A stretch of DNA of 61,409 nucleotides from Candidatus Woesearchaeota archaeon. Lineage in GTDB: Archaea; Nanobdellota; Nanobdellia; Pacearchaeales; UBA284. This document shows positions 34,144 through 42,327 of this stretch, piece by piece. Every line of letters begins with the position of its first letter. Positions within the stretch are counted from its first letter, which is position 1. Under the pieces are notes generated by a model. It had not been told where the DNA came from. It was given only the letters and a program-made list of their open reading frames with translations, and searched no databases. The position numbers and the translations under genes were made by a program. Where the stretch lies: NCBI GenBank assembly GCA_964500015.1, contig CAZCMN010000001.1, positions 1 through 61,409 on the forward strand, in the 5' to 3' direction.

Positions 34144-34155
34144 AAAATGGGAAAA

Positions 34156-34563
34156 TTAATCAAAAAATTTTGTCCAAAATAAATACCCCCATGCAAGAAT
34201 CATGCCTAAAACTAAAAAAACCATCTGAACCAAAGAACCAGCATTACAAGATAAAACAAATTGCCACCAAATTTCAAATAATAAGATAATTAGACTACTA
34301 AAAATCAAATAGAAATAACTAATCTTTTTGGAAGGCCAGTAAAGTTTTCCACAAGATAAATACTCTCCTAATGCCTGGCCTACATAGGCCAAAGAGAATA
34401 AAACTAGGGGGGCATAAAATCCAGTAAAAAAATGTTCTATGAATATTCTAGCTCCAAAATTAAAAGGCAATCCTGCCTGTCTATTCAAGGCAAGTAATGC
34501 CCCAAAAATTGTTAAAATAATAAGAACAAAAAGAGTAATTATGACCTTAATTTCTTTTTTCAT
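34156..34563 (-). CDS. 4-TM membrane protein (135 aa), last gene of the xseAB-DUF2075 operon
   Basis: four hydrophobic helices; 17-nt overlap with the upstream ORF. Confidence 0.55.
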   Translation of the reverse strand: MKKEIKVIITLFVLIILTIFGALLALNRQAGLPFNFGARIFIEHFFTGFYAPLVLFSLAYVGQALGEYLSCGKLYWPSKKISYFYLIFSSLIILLFEIWWQFVLSCNAGSLVQMVFLVLGMILAWGYLFWTKFFD

Positions 34564-35188
34564 TTTTTTTATTAATCCATCCTCTCAATAGTTGGACGTC
34601 TTTCTCCTCTTCTTTTTCGATTTTTGAAAAATCATGTTCTTTACTATAAAAATTAAAGAAAACATAAAAGAAAATAATAATTAATGTTGTACAGGTCAGG
34701 TAAAAATACAAATTCCCTTTAAATAAAATAAAGAGAATAGACAGAAATGAAGCAAATAATGAAAAAATGATTAGAGCGCTTGACTTTTTAATTAATTTAC
34801 TCTCCCCCTTCATCGAGGTCCAAGTAAGTTTTTCTAATTTTTTTAAAACAGCAATTGTTTTTATTTCAAAATTTTCAGTTTCTAAATCCCCTAACAACTC
34901 TTGGTCTAATTTAAACCAATGAACTGCAGGCATATCAACCGCAAAATATTTTAGTAATATTACAATTGAAATAATTTGGGGGATTATTGGAAGTAATATT
35001 AAAATATTACTAAAAAGATTAGTAGAATAAAGCGTAATAGATAATATTGGTAAAAATGTTGAAATAAGCAATAGAAAATCTATCTTCCCTTTAGCTTTTC
35101 TTTCTCTAACATCGTACATGTGCTGATAAGAACTCCAGAATAGAGGGAGATTTTCCTTTAATCTCTTAATTTTTTCATTTCGATTCAT
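34547..35188 (-). CDS. 4-TM membrane protein (213 aa) with cytosolic N-terminal helix and charged tail
   Basis: TM hairpin, about 55-aa soluble insert, second TM hairpin; start overlaps the DUF2075 stop (TAATG). Confidence 0.55.
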   Translation of the reverse strand: MNRNEKIKRLKENLPLFWSSYQHMYDVRERKAKGKIDFLLLISTFLPILSITLYSTNLFSNILILLPIIPQIISIVILLKYFAVDMPAVHWFKLDQELLGDLETENFEIKTIAVLKKLEKLTWTSMKGESKLIKKSSALIIFSLFASFLSILFILFKGNLYFYLTCTTLIIIFFYVFFNFYSKEHDFSKIEKEEEKDVQLLRGWINKKNEKRN

Positions 35189-37053
35189 TATTTTACACTT
35201 TCCTCAACAATTTTACTTCTAAAATAATTCTCAGTATCTTTATCAATGAAATAAACATAAACCCCTTTATGTGCTCGAGATAATAAAACTCGGTAAACAT
35301 TTTTTAGGTGTTTTAATAGTTCTTTATTATCTCTCTTTACTTCGGTATCATAAGAGTTCTCGGGTTTGGCTTCCCAACTTCCTTTTTCTTTATTATAGGC
35401 TAGATCTTTTCCAAAAATCACCCCAATATAATCAAATTCAAATCCCTGGGCTGTGTAAACGGTTCCAACTTGTTGCATCCCAGAGTCATCTGTTGCCCAC
35501 TTCCAAAATTCATCCTTTTTCTCCCAAGGCATTTCAAATGTTCCAATTTTAATATCATTCACCAGAGTTCCATCCATTTTAGGAGCACTCCAAGGCCAGC
35601 AAAAGCCAGTAACGATTCTAGCGCAGTTTTTCTTTTGCTTATTCTTTTCATCTATAGTTTTTCTTAATTCATTTGGATCAGAGAGAATGTTGAATTCCAT
35701 TTTTTCATCTTTTTGAAGAAGAAGGTCATTTTTTTCTTTTATTTCTAACACATCTTCTAGCCATTGAAGATAAGAATCAGACCCCCCACACCTAAATTGT
35801 GTTTTTAATTCATATTCAAATATGCTCCTTTCTTGAACTCCCAACTTTTCAGCAGTTTCCCTTATTAATTTTATATTTCCTATTTCTTTTGGTCTTACAA
35901 TCTGATGTTCATCAATAAAGAAAATTAAAAGTTGGGCAGCTTTGATCAATTCTTCAATTTGTGGAACTTCTGTTCTTTGAACTTTTGGTGTATATCTGCT
36001 TTCGCTAGTTTTCCTTATTCTATGTGCCTCATCACAAATTAATACCTCTATTTCATTTTCCTTGTGGTTTGCAAAACTATTGAAAAATTTAAAGAAACTA
36101 GAAGATCGAGTGCCCAAGACTTTTCTTAACGTATTTGTAAATGCTGAAGAACCAGTGGCATGATAAACCTTCTTCCCATTTCTTAGTAATTCACCCATAA
36201 CCTCCAATGCAATAACAGACTTTCCCGTTCCTGGTCCGCCTTTAACAATTATTATTGATTTTTCACTAAGTTTAGAAAGTTTTTTTGCTTTGTGCATTAT
36301 TGTGTTGTATGGGGTTATTTGCTCATCAATTAAGTTAAAAATTTGTTGTTTGTGAATCATATCTCTTGTATGGTCCAGCAATCTTTTAGAAGGTCTTAGT
36401 ATGCTATGTGTAAATCTGCCGAAAACTTCTAAACCGTCTCCTTTATTTAGTCTTTCTTTAAAATAATTCCCTAATTCTTTTATATCCTCTCGAGAAAATA
36501 AGGGATATTTCTCAATTGCTTTATGAAATTTAGTTGAATAAAGAACTTCTTTTTCACCCTTTTTATAATTATGGCAATATGCGCATGCACTAAGAAATAT
36601 TTTTGGAGTTTCTTCAAAGACACCCATAAAATCTTTAAGATAGTAATAATAACCCTCTACTTGTAGAGAAGGATGTGGTGTTTCTTGAAATCTGCCAAAC
36701 TTAACCAAAACATTACCTTCATTTTCAGAATCTTTGACATTATTATTAGACCATTGCTTTAATTCTATAACAACTATATTATCTGAACCACCATTATCAA
36801 CACCAAAAAGAATAACATCAATTCTTTTTGCAGAATAGGGCAATTCATATTCAATAATTATTTTATTCTTAAGCAATTTAGATTCTTCTAAAACATCTTT
36901 TAAGACTCTTAAAGAATTATCCCATGACCTAAACTCGGATTTATTAACGGATTTTTTGTAATATTCTCTGAATTTATCTGCTATTTTTTCAGCAATAGAA
37001 TTATTTACAATATCTTTTTTGAATTCTTGGACTGTTCCTTCGTATAGTCTCAT
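35188..37053 (-). CDS. DUF2075-type protein: N-terminal PD-(D/E)XK-like nuclease module plus SF1-helicase-like P-loop ATPase
   Basis: RIDVILFG...VVIELKQW (D..ExK), Walker A GGPGTGKS, Walker B LICDEAHR, YTAQGFEFDYIGVIFG, LLSRAHKGVYVY. Confidence 0.85.
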   Translation of the reverse strand: MRLYEGTVQEFKKDIVNNSIAEKIADKFREYYKKSVNKSEFRSWDNSLRVLKDVLEESKLLKNKIIIEYELPYSAKRIDVILFGVDNGGSDNIVVIELKQWSNNNVKDSENEGNVLVKFGRFQETPHPSLQVEGYYYYLKDFMGVFEETPKIFLSACAYCHNYKKGEKEVLYSTKFHKAIEKYPLFSREDIKELGNYFKERLNKGDGLEVFGRFTHSILRPSKRLLDHTRDMIHKQQIFNLIDEQITPYNTIMHKAKKLSKLSEKSIIIVKGGPGTGKSVIALEVMGELLRNGKKVYHATGSSAFTNTLRKVLGTRSSSFFKFFNSFANHKENEIEVLICDEAHRIRKTSESRYTPKVQRTEVPQIEELIKAAQLLIFFIDEHQIVRPKEIGNIKLIRETAEKLGVQERSIFEYELKTQFRCGGSDSYLQWLEDVLEIKEKNDLLLQKDEKMEFNILSDPNELRKTIDEKNKQKKNCARIVTGFCWPWSAPKMDGTLVNDIKIGTFEMPWEKKDEFWKWATDDSGMQQVGTVYTAQGFEFDYIGVIFGKDLAYNKEKGSWEAKPENSYDTEVKRDNKELLKHLKNVYRVLLSRAHKGVYVYFIDKDTENYFRSKIVEESVK

Positions 37054-37073
37054 TTTTAATTAAACTTCGCTTT

Positions 37074-37289
37074 TCAACCAAATTTTTCAAATTTGATCTT
37101 TCCATCTTTATTAACAATCTTCTGTATACTCATTTCGGCTTCCTTGAGTTCTTTGTCACAAAATTTTAGTAATTCTGCCCCTTCTTTGAATCTTTCTATC
37201 TTTCCTTTTAATGGAAGACCTTCCTCTTCAAGCGAAGATGCAATCTCCTCTATCCTTTCCAATGCTTCTTCAAAAGATTTCTTTTTCAT
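37074..37289 (-). CDS. xseB: exodeoxyribonuclease VII small subunit
   Basis: FEEALERIEEI...LEE..LPL...ERFKEGAELLKFC...L.EAE pattern; overlaps the xseA 3' end by 20 nt. Confidence 0.85.
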   Translation of the reverse strand: MKKKSFEEALERIEEIASSLEEEGLPLKGKIERFKEGAELLKFCDKELKEAEMSIQKIVNKDGKIKFEKFG

Positions 37290-38493
37290 TTTTGTTTTTT
37301 ATTGTTGAACATATTTCTCCATCTTTAACAATTGTAGATATGGTGTCGCCGGACTTTATATTCTTTATGCTTGAAATAACTTTACCTTCTTTTATGGTTA
37401 TGCTATACCCTCTCTTTAATACAGAAAAAGGGCTTAATGCATCTAATTTTTCAGTTGATCCTTTTAATTTTATTTTCAAAATTCTGATATTATCTCTCGA
37501 TATCTTTATAAGATTAAGACTCATTTCATCTAATCGTTGTTTAGTTTCTTCTATCAAACTCATTGGTCTTCTGAAAAAGGATCTATCTTTGACATTACTA
37601 ACTTGTTTTTTGTAGGATCGAAGGGTATTTTTAAGTTCCATACACAATCTATTTTGCAAATTATCAAGTGAATCATAAATTTCTATTTCATTAGGCACTA
37701 CAAGTTCGGAAGCAACCGAAGGGGTTGGCGCTCTTTTATCAGCTACAAAATCGGCAATGGTGTAATCGGTTTCATGGCCTATTGCTGAAACTATGGGGAT
37801 TTTTGAATTAAATATCTCTCTTGCAACAATTTCTTCGTTGAAAGGCCATAAATCTTCAAAAGAACCACCTCCTCTTGCAACAATTATAACATCCACAAAT
37901 AACTGGTTCAGTATTCTTATACCTTGGGTTATCCCATATTTTGCATCATCACCCTGAACTGCTGAAGGGAAAATTACAAGTTTAATATGGGGGTATCTCC
38001 TTTTTACAACCTTAATGATGTCATGAATTACAGATCCTTCTGTAGATGTAACAACACCAATAATCTGGGGATATTTGGGAATTGGCCTTTTATGTTCTTC
38101 TTTGAAAAGCCCTTCTTTTTCTAATTTCGCTTTTATTTGTAAGAATTTAAGATATAATTCGCCCTTCCCCGCTAAATGCATCTCTTCAATAATTATCTGA
38201 TAGGTTCCTCTCGGTTTGTAAACTTCCAAACTTCCCCTAATAAGTACTTTCATGCCATCTTCTGGAATGAATTCCAGGTATTGGTTTGCTCTTTGAAACA
38301 TAGCACAACCAAGTATCGAACTTTCATCTTTTAAATTGAAGTACATATGGGCCTTACTAGAATTTCTAAAATTTGATATCTCGCCTTTGATCCATATATT
38401 CTGAAGATTCTCATTTTGTTCTATCAAATTTTTAATACAAATAGTTATTTCATCAACAGAATAAACTTTTGTTTCTGGTTTGATTTCTACCAT
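37270..38493 (-). CDS. xseA: exodeoxyribonuclease VII large subunit
   Basis: N-terminal OB (GEISNF...HMYFNLKD), VQG, ARGGGSFEDLWPFNEE, SAIGHETDYTIADFVADKRAPTPS. Confidence 0.9.
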   Translation of the reverse strand: MVEIKPETKVYSVDEITICIKNLIEQNENLQNIWIKGEISNFRNSSKAHMYFNLKDESSILGCAMFQRANQYLEFIPEDGMKVLIRGSLEVYKPRGTYQIIIEEMHLAGKGELYLKFLQIKAKLEKEGLFKEEHKRPIPKYPQIIGVVTSTEGSVIHDIIKVVKRRYPHIKLVIFPSAVQGDDAKYGITQGIRILNQLFVDVIIVARGGGSFEDLWPFNEEIVAREIFNSKIPIVSAIGHETDYTIADFVADKRAPTPSVASELVVPNEIEIYDSLDNLQNRLCMELKNTLRSYKKQVSNVKDRSFFRRPMSLIEETKQRLDEMSLNLIKISRDNIRILKIKLKGSTEKLDALSPFSVLKRGYSITIKEGKVISSIKNIKSGDTISTIVKDGEICSTIKNKNEKEIF

Positions 38494-38510
38494 AATCTCT
38501 TATATTCCAA

Positions 38511-38530
38511 GAATATAAAATCCTTTCTAT
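38511..38530 (-). promoter_or_regulatory. BRE/TATA promoter of xseA (rc ATAGAAAGGATTTTATATTC)
   Basis: about 20 nt upstream of the ATG; same GAAAGG-TTTTATA pattern recurs upstream of many minus-strand genes. Confidence 0.55.
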
Positions 38531-38610
38531 CTCCCTTCACACCAATCACAGCTATCCTTCGGACACCTTGAATTTGACAACTTTATTGCTTAAAAATATT
38601 TTCTGTTTTT

Positions 38611-39135
38611 TTAGTATTCTCTTCGTTGGATAAGACCTAATTTTAATTTATAATTAAATATTTCTCTATAATAATCTTCCCCTTTATTCTTTCTCCAAAA
38701 TTCAGACATTTTTTTTCTGTATTCATTCCATGTTCTATCTTCCTTATGTAAAAATTCATGATCCCCCACAAACATTACTTTCAAATTTTCTCTTCTATTA
38801 TCTTTATGATTAAAATTAATATGGTGGACTTCTACTTCAGAAAGTTCACAATTATTCTTTTCACAAAATTCAGAAATTTTTTCTGAAATTAAAAATCTAT
38901 GGTATGCTACTTTAAATGGCTCTATTTTTATAAGAAGATATCCTGTCTCACTTATATAATATTTATCTTGATACTTAAATTTTCTTTTAAAAAGCTCATA
39001 ATCATCATTATCAAAAATATAATCCTCTTTTCCCCGTATTGAAACAGAAATTGATTTATTTTTTTCAAAATCTTCTTCATTCTTCAAAAGTTTTCGAGTA
39101 ATAAATCTTCCTTCAGAATCAAATTCCATAACCAT
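38611..39135 (-). CDS. HNH endonuclease-domain protein (174 aa)
   Basis: EVHHINFNHKDNRRENLKVM...HEFLH. Confidence 0.75.
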   Translation of the reverse strand: MVMEFDSEGRFITRKLLKNEEDFEKNKSISVSIRGKEDYIFDNDDYELFKRKFKYQDKYYISETGYLLIKIEPFKVAYHRFLISEKISEFCEKNNCELSEVEVHHINFNHKDNRRENLKVMFVGDHEFLHKEDRTWNEYRKKMSEFWRKNKGEDYYREIFNYKLKLGLIQRREY

Positions 39136-39137
39136 GT

Positions 39138-39800
39138 TTATTCTTCCCCCACATTCTCACACCACTCACACCCCTTCTTCGGACACTCCCCATTCAACAA
39201 CTCTAGGGCATCTTTCCAAACTTTCTCAACAATCTTGATATTAACTTCCATCTTAATAAGATTTGTATTGAACAGAACTTCTCCTGTCTCTAAAACTTCT
39301 TTTGGATGATAAAATAACAGGAAGAAATGGTCACCTGTTTCGTAGCCATTTTTTCGCAATAAAAAATTGTAAATATTCTGTTGTAATCTATAATGCTCTG
39401 CAGTATCTTCTTTTAATGGAAAACCTCTTGTCTTGTAATCTAAAACAATTAACTTTTTTCCATCAACTAAAATATTATCAACTGCTCCATGAAGTTCATT
39501 TCCTTGTTCATCTTTCCAGGAAATTCCTTTAAAATTGCTTCTCCAAACTTTTAACAGAGACTTATTACTGAATAACTTCATATGTTTGCAATGAACATGA
39601 TCTCTTATTTCTGGAGGTAAAATTCCTTGTTCCATAAATTTATCAAAATGTTTCTTTAGAATTCCATCCATGCCATTTGGAAGGCTTGGAAATATGCCTG
39701 CTGGCCTTTTCCAGACATTATGTTGGGTAAGCCAGAAACATCTTGGGCATTCTTTCATGAGATTCAGGCTTGAAGGTGATAATTTGAATGTTTGTGTCAT
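39138..39800 (-). CDS. Cas4-like PD-(D/E)XK nuclease with four-Cys cluster
   Basis: CPRC at the N-terminus, GAVDNI...LIVLDYKTRG, YRLQQNIYNFLL (QxxxY), C-terminal CPKKGCEWC. Confidence 0.75.
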   Translation of the reverse strand: MTQTFKLSPSSLNLMKECPRCFWLTQHNVWKRPAGIFPSLPNGMDGILKKHFDKFMEQGILPPEIRDHVHCKHMKLFSNKSLLKVWRSNFKGISWKDEQGNELHGAVDNILVDGKKLIVLDYKTRGFPLKEDTAEHYRLQQNIYNFLLRKNGYETGDHFFLLFYHPKEVLETGEVLFNTNLIKMEVNIKIVEKVWKDALELLNGECPKKGCEWCENVGEE

Positions 39801-41482
39801 TTTAAATGTTTTTTTACTCTTTCTGGGATTGGAATATTATATTTTTTTAATAATTCTACACCCTGAATATAACTTAACCATTTATGATTCTTATAATGAA
39901 TTTCATCATGAATATTTTTATCAATTTTTATTAGGTTGTAATAATCGTTATTCCTTCTATCTCCATCTATATGATGTACATTAAATAAGTTAGTGTATAC
40001 TCTTTCTTGAGAATTTTTTTCATACCACCATACATGGAATGATTTATTTTTATCCCAAGAACAAATTTCATATCCATCTTGATTAAGCAAAACTTTAATC
40101 CGCTGTTTATTCAAAAAAGGTTGAGTCATTAATTTTTTTGTTTTTTCTATTTCGAGTTCTATTTTAGATCTATCTTCATTTGCTTCTTTAAGCTTTTTAT
40201 TATTTTCTTCTATCAAGATATCGATCTTTTGTTTGTCAATCATAAACTCGTTATGTAATTCTTCAGCACGTTGGTTATACCTCATTCTTATTTTATCAAT
40301 CTCTTTATCAAGTGCCTTTTTTGCCTCAAGATTAGCATTTTTTTTCTTTTCATGAATTTTTTTTATTTCAGTTTGTTCTTTCTCTTTTAAATTTGATAGA
40401 CCTTTATCAAATTCTTCTTTTTTGTTTAAATAATTTTTTTCTAATTTTATAATTTCTTTTTTTGATTTATTAATAGAATTCTTCAAAGATTGTTTTTCTT
40501 TTCTTAAATTATCTATAACTTTTTCTTCATTTTGTCGTTTGTGCTCTGCGTCTTTCGTTTTTCCTTCTTCTTCTTTTCTTTTATAAACTGCAAAATACCA
40601 AACACCTATTGAAACTATCAAGATAATTGCACCAATTATAATCAAATAAGCCCACCATGACGGAGGTTTTGGTTTACAATTATTATTTTTCCCAATTCCA
40701 TATTTACATTCTGTTTCACAAAAATAAGGTTCGTTTACTTTACTTCCAGAGATATCACAACAAAGATTATTTTTAGTTAGTTGAGACTTGCACTCCCATT
40801 CACACATATATGGCTCTCTAACTTCTTTAGTGGAGGGTTTTAGGCAGATTGCATCGTTGCAATTTTTTAAACCATCGGGGCATGGAACCGGATCTTCATG
40901 TCCACAAAAACCCGCTATGTTACAAATTTGTGAACCACATTTTTCATCATCAGAAAGAGGGTTACAAACTGCACCATCATCTAAACATTGTTGGTTTTCA
41001 CATATCATACAAACATCTCTGGATTTAGTAACCATTTCATTTTTTAAAGTAATTATTTTTGGATCAGTAATTACATATTTTATGCTTGCAGGGTCAATTT
41101 GACCATTCCCCAAGTCCGGGCAAGTTGCAGTTATAGGGTCGGAGTAAGAATACTGACTAACTGAAACAACAGTTTGATATTCTCGTTTAGATGAACCAAA
41201 AGCATTGCCCCAAGTGAGAGAATAGCTTAAATTTAGCGTTATATCTTCATTTAGTGGATTATAAACTTTGAAAGAAGCGTAACTACACCCTTCAATATTC
41301 ATCATACCTCCAGAAAAATTGGTAAATTCCAAAGGAACACCAAAATAAGCCCCCCTAGAAGTATAAAGCCCAAGTTCTAATTCTTGATAAGATTCCTTTT
41401 CAGTATATTGGCATGCGTTAACAAAAGAAATAGCTAAAATTAAGAATAAGAAACAAAACAATATCTTGGTTAATTTCTTCAT
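39797..41482 (-). CDS. membrane-anchored HNH protein: signal peptide, Cys-rich ectodomain, TM, coiled coil, cytoplasmic HNH
   Basis: MKKLTKILFCFLFLILAISFVNA; more than 25 Cys in the ectodomain; TM WWAYLIIIGAIILIVSIGVWYFAVY; K/E-rich heptads; NVHHIDGDRRNNDYYNL...HDEIH. Confidence 0.65.
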   Translation of the reverse strand: MKKLTKILFCFLFLILAISFVNACQYTEKESYQELELGLYTSRGAYFGVPLEFTNFSGGMMNIEGCSYASFKVYNPLNEDITLNLSYSLTWGNAFGSSKREYQTVVSVSQYSYSDPITATCPDLGNGQIDPASIKYVITDPKIITLKNEMVTKSRDVCMICENQQCLDDGAVCNPLSDDEKCGSQICNIAGFCGHEDPVPCPDGLKNCNDAICLKPSTKEVREPYMCEWECKSQLTKNNLCCDISGSKVNEPYFCETECKYGIGKNNNCKPKPPSWWAYLIIIGAIILIVSIGVWYFAVYKRKEEEGKTKDAEHKRQNEEKVIDNLRKEKQSLKNSINKSKKEIIKLEKNYLNKKEEFDKGLSNLKEKEQTEIKKIHEKKKNANLEAKKALDKEIDKIRMRYNQRAEELHNEFMIDKQKIDILIEENNKKLKEANEDRSKIELEIEKTKKLMTQPFLNKQRIKVLLNQDGYEICSWDKNKSFHVWWYEKNSQERVYTNLFNVHHIDGDRRNNDYYNLIKIDKNIHDEIHYKNHKWLSYIQGVELLKKYNIPIPERVKKHLK

Positions 41483-41490
41483 GAAATCTC

Positions 41491-41516
41491 TAGAGAGAAG
41501 AGATATAAAAGAGTTT
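41491..41516 (-). promoter_or_regulatory. TATA promoter (rc AAACTCTTTTATATCTCTTCTCTCTA), 24/26 identical to 42816..42841
   Basis: read directly; about 20 nt upstream of the ATG at 41482. Confidence 0.55.
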
Positions 41517-41530
41517 TGGTTAAAGAAAAT

Positions 41531-42115
41531 TTATTCCTTTCTCAACTTATCTACTTCCTGAATCAGCTCCTTCCAGCCTCTCACTCGAACAATGTTTTCG
41601 TGCTTAAGATTCTGGTTCCAGTTTTGATTGAATAACAACACTTTTATGCCTTTTTCTGCACAAGCCAAAGCAGTATCAACAAAATCTTCAACAAACACAT
41701 CAATTTTTAATTTTTTACAGACATCTGCCTTACTATCTGCATGATTATACATCCCAGAATGTACAACCTTGATTTTATCTGTTTTAAGATGATATTTTAT
41801 CCAAGCTTCTACTTTTTTCTTAAATTTTTCTGGCCTTGCAGTTATTATAAAAAGTTCATCACCTTTTTCCAATAAATAATTAATTGATTCTAATGCACCC
41901 TGAATTGGTTTAAGATCTTCAATTTTAATTTTTTCATGAAATTCATTATTCATACTCTTAATTAATTCATCCCCGGTTATGCCAAAAACTAGCCACCAAT
42001 CATTTTCTTTAAATTGCTCTCTTAAAAAATTCTTTCCAGTTTTGTGATTATACCATCTCAAAAATGCTTCTAAACAATCAGCAATAACATCATCTAAGTC
42101 TAGTCCAATTTTCAT
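41531..42115 (-). CDS. HAD-family 5'(3')-deoxyribonucleotidase-like protein (NT5C-like)
   Basis: GLDLDDVIAD (DxDxV), ITARP, EDF motifs; size about 190 aa. Confidence 0.65.
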   Translation of the reverse strand: MKIGLDLDDVIADCLEAFLRWYNHKTGKNFLREQFKENDWWLVFGITGDELIKSMNNEFHEKIKIEDLKPIQGALESINYLLEKGDELFIITARPEKFKKKVEAWIKYHLKTDKIKVVHSGMYNHADSKADVCKKLKIDVFVEDFVDTALACAEKGIKVLLFNQNWNQNLKHENIVRVRGWKELIQEVDKLRKE

Positions 42116-42151
42116 TTTTTAACATCCTCGCTTTATAGGGATCAGTTTGAT

Positions 42152-42170
42152 AAATATAAAACCCTTTCGC
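42152..42170 (-). promoter_or_regulatory. BRE/TATA promoter (rc GCGAAAGGGTTTTATATTT)
   Basis: about 40 nt upstream of the ATG, with GAGGATG SD-like element between. Confidence 0.5.
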
Positions 42171-42241
42171 CCCCTTCATGCCACTGATTCTTTTAAGAAA
42201 GAGAAAACGAAACATTTAAATCTATAAAAGGATTATATAAA

Positions 42242-42316
42242 ACATAGGGAAACAGACCCTGACGAAACCTATGCTTGACATAGTTAGTAGGATTGACGGG
42301 CCTACTTACCCTATGT
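42242..42316 (+). ncRNA. candidate structured RNA (75 nt; closing stem ACATAGGG/CCCTATGT, two internal hairpins)
   Basis: GC-richer island in an AT-rich spacer; CGAAAC-ATTTAAAT BRE/TATA-like box at 42208..42221 about 25 nt upstream; strand uncertain. Confidence 0.3.
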
Positions 42317-42327
42317 GTTCTAGGAAT

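Noticed and set aside
42242-42316. The 75-nt cloverleaf-like element as a tRNA or split-tRNA half
   Set aside because: Neither strand gives a 7-nt anticodon loop with U33, a GG D-loop or a TTCRANY T-loop. The would-be T arm is only a 3-bp stem with a 3-nt loop.
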